A DNA stretch of 64,000 nucleotides from Octopus vulgaris (taxonomy: Eukaryota), in the NCBI GenBank assembly GCA_951406725.2, contig OX597817.1:135532001-135596000 (forward strand), given 5' to 3'. Under the pieces are notes generated by a model, which did no database searches, was not told the origin of the DNA, and saw only the letters and a program-made list of their open reading frames with translations. Below are positions 63,871 to 64,000 of this stretch, piece after piece; position 1 is the stretch's first letter; every line of letters begins with the position of its first letter. The position numbers and the translations under genes are program-made.

Positions 63871-64000
63871 ACTACACCATACACACATGATCACAAAAAC
63901 ACAAATTTCACAACTTGGGAAGCAGACACAACGATGTCACTTGACGCTCTGTCTTGTGAAAGTCACTGCTAGCTCTCACTGTGTACGCAACTGTGTGCTG

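Overview
AT-rich, repeat-dense eukaryotic DNA. The SINE, RTE-tail and microsatellite landscape looks like an octopus/cephalopod genome (inference). One host gene is supportable: a GRIPAP1/GRASP-1 homolog on the minus strand. Six small GT-AG exons (36385->1944; 67, 62, 27, 108, 163 and 142 nt) join in one open frame. Its first coding exon was not found and is probably right of the window; the 3' exons continue left of it. Most of the rest is transposon debris and simple repeats: two decayed mariners, a near-full-length decayed RTE LINE, a second RTE with a PHD-like finger whose 3' UTR matches the many (GAT)n-tailed short repeats, CR1/L2-like fragments, R4/Dong-like fragments sitting in microsatellites, tRNA-derived SINEs, TTAA MITEs, a 63-bp minisatellite and a ~1 kb polypurine tract. 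The most notable unexplained signal is a set of short non-coding elements carrying minimal hammerhead-ribozyme motifs (CUGANGA-stem II-GAAA-short stem III-GUH), several arranged as long inverted repeats. One couples a tRNA-like Pol III head to the hammerhead and is flanked by a 10-bp direct repeat. Most ORFs in the supplied track are microsatellite or SINE artefacts. All alignments and folds were done by eye, and family names come from recalled motifs, not searches.
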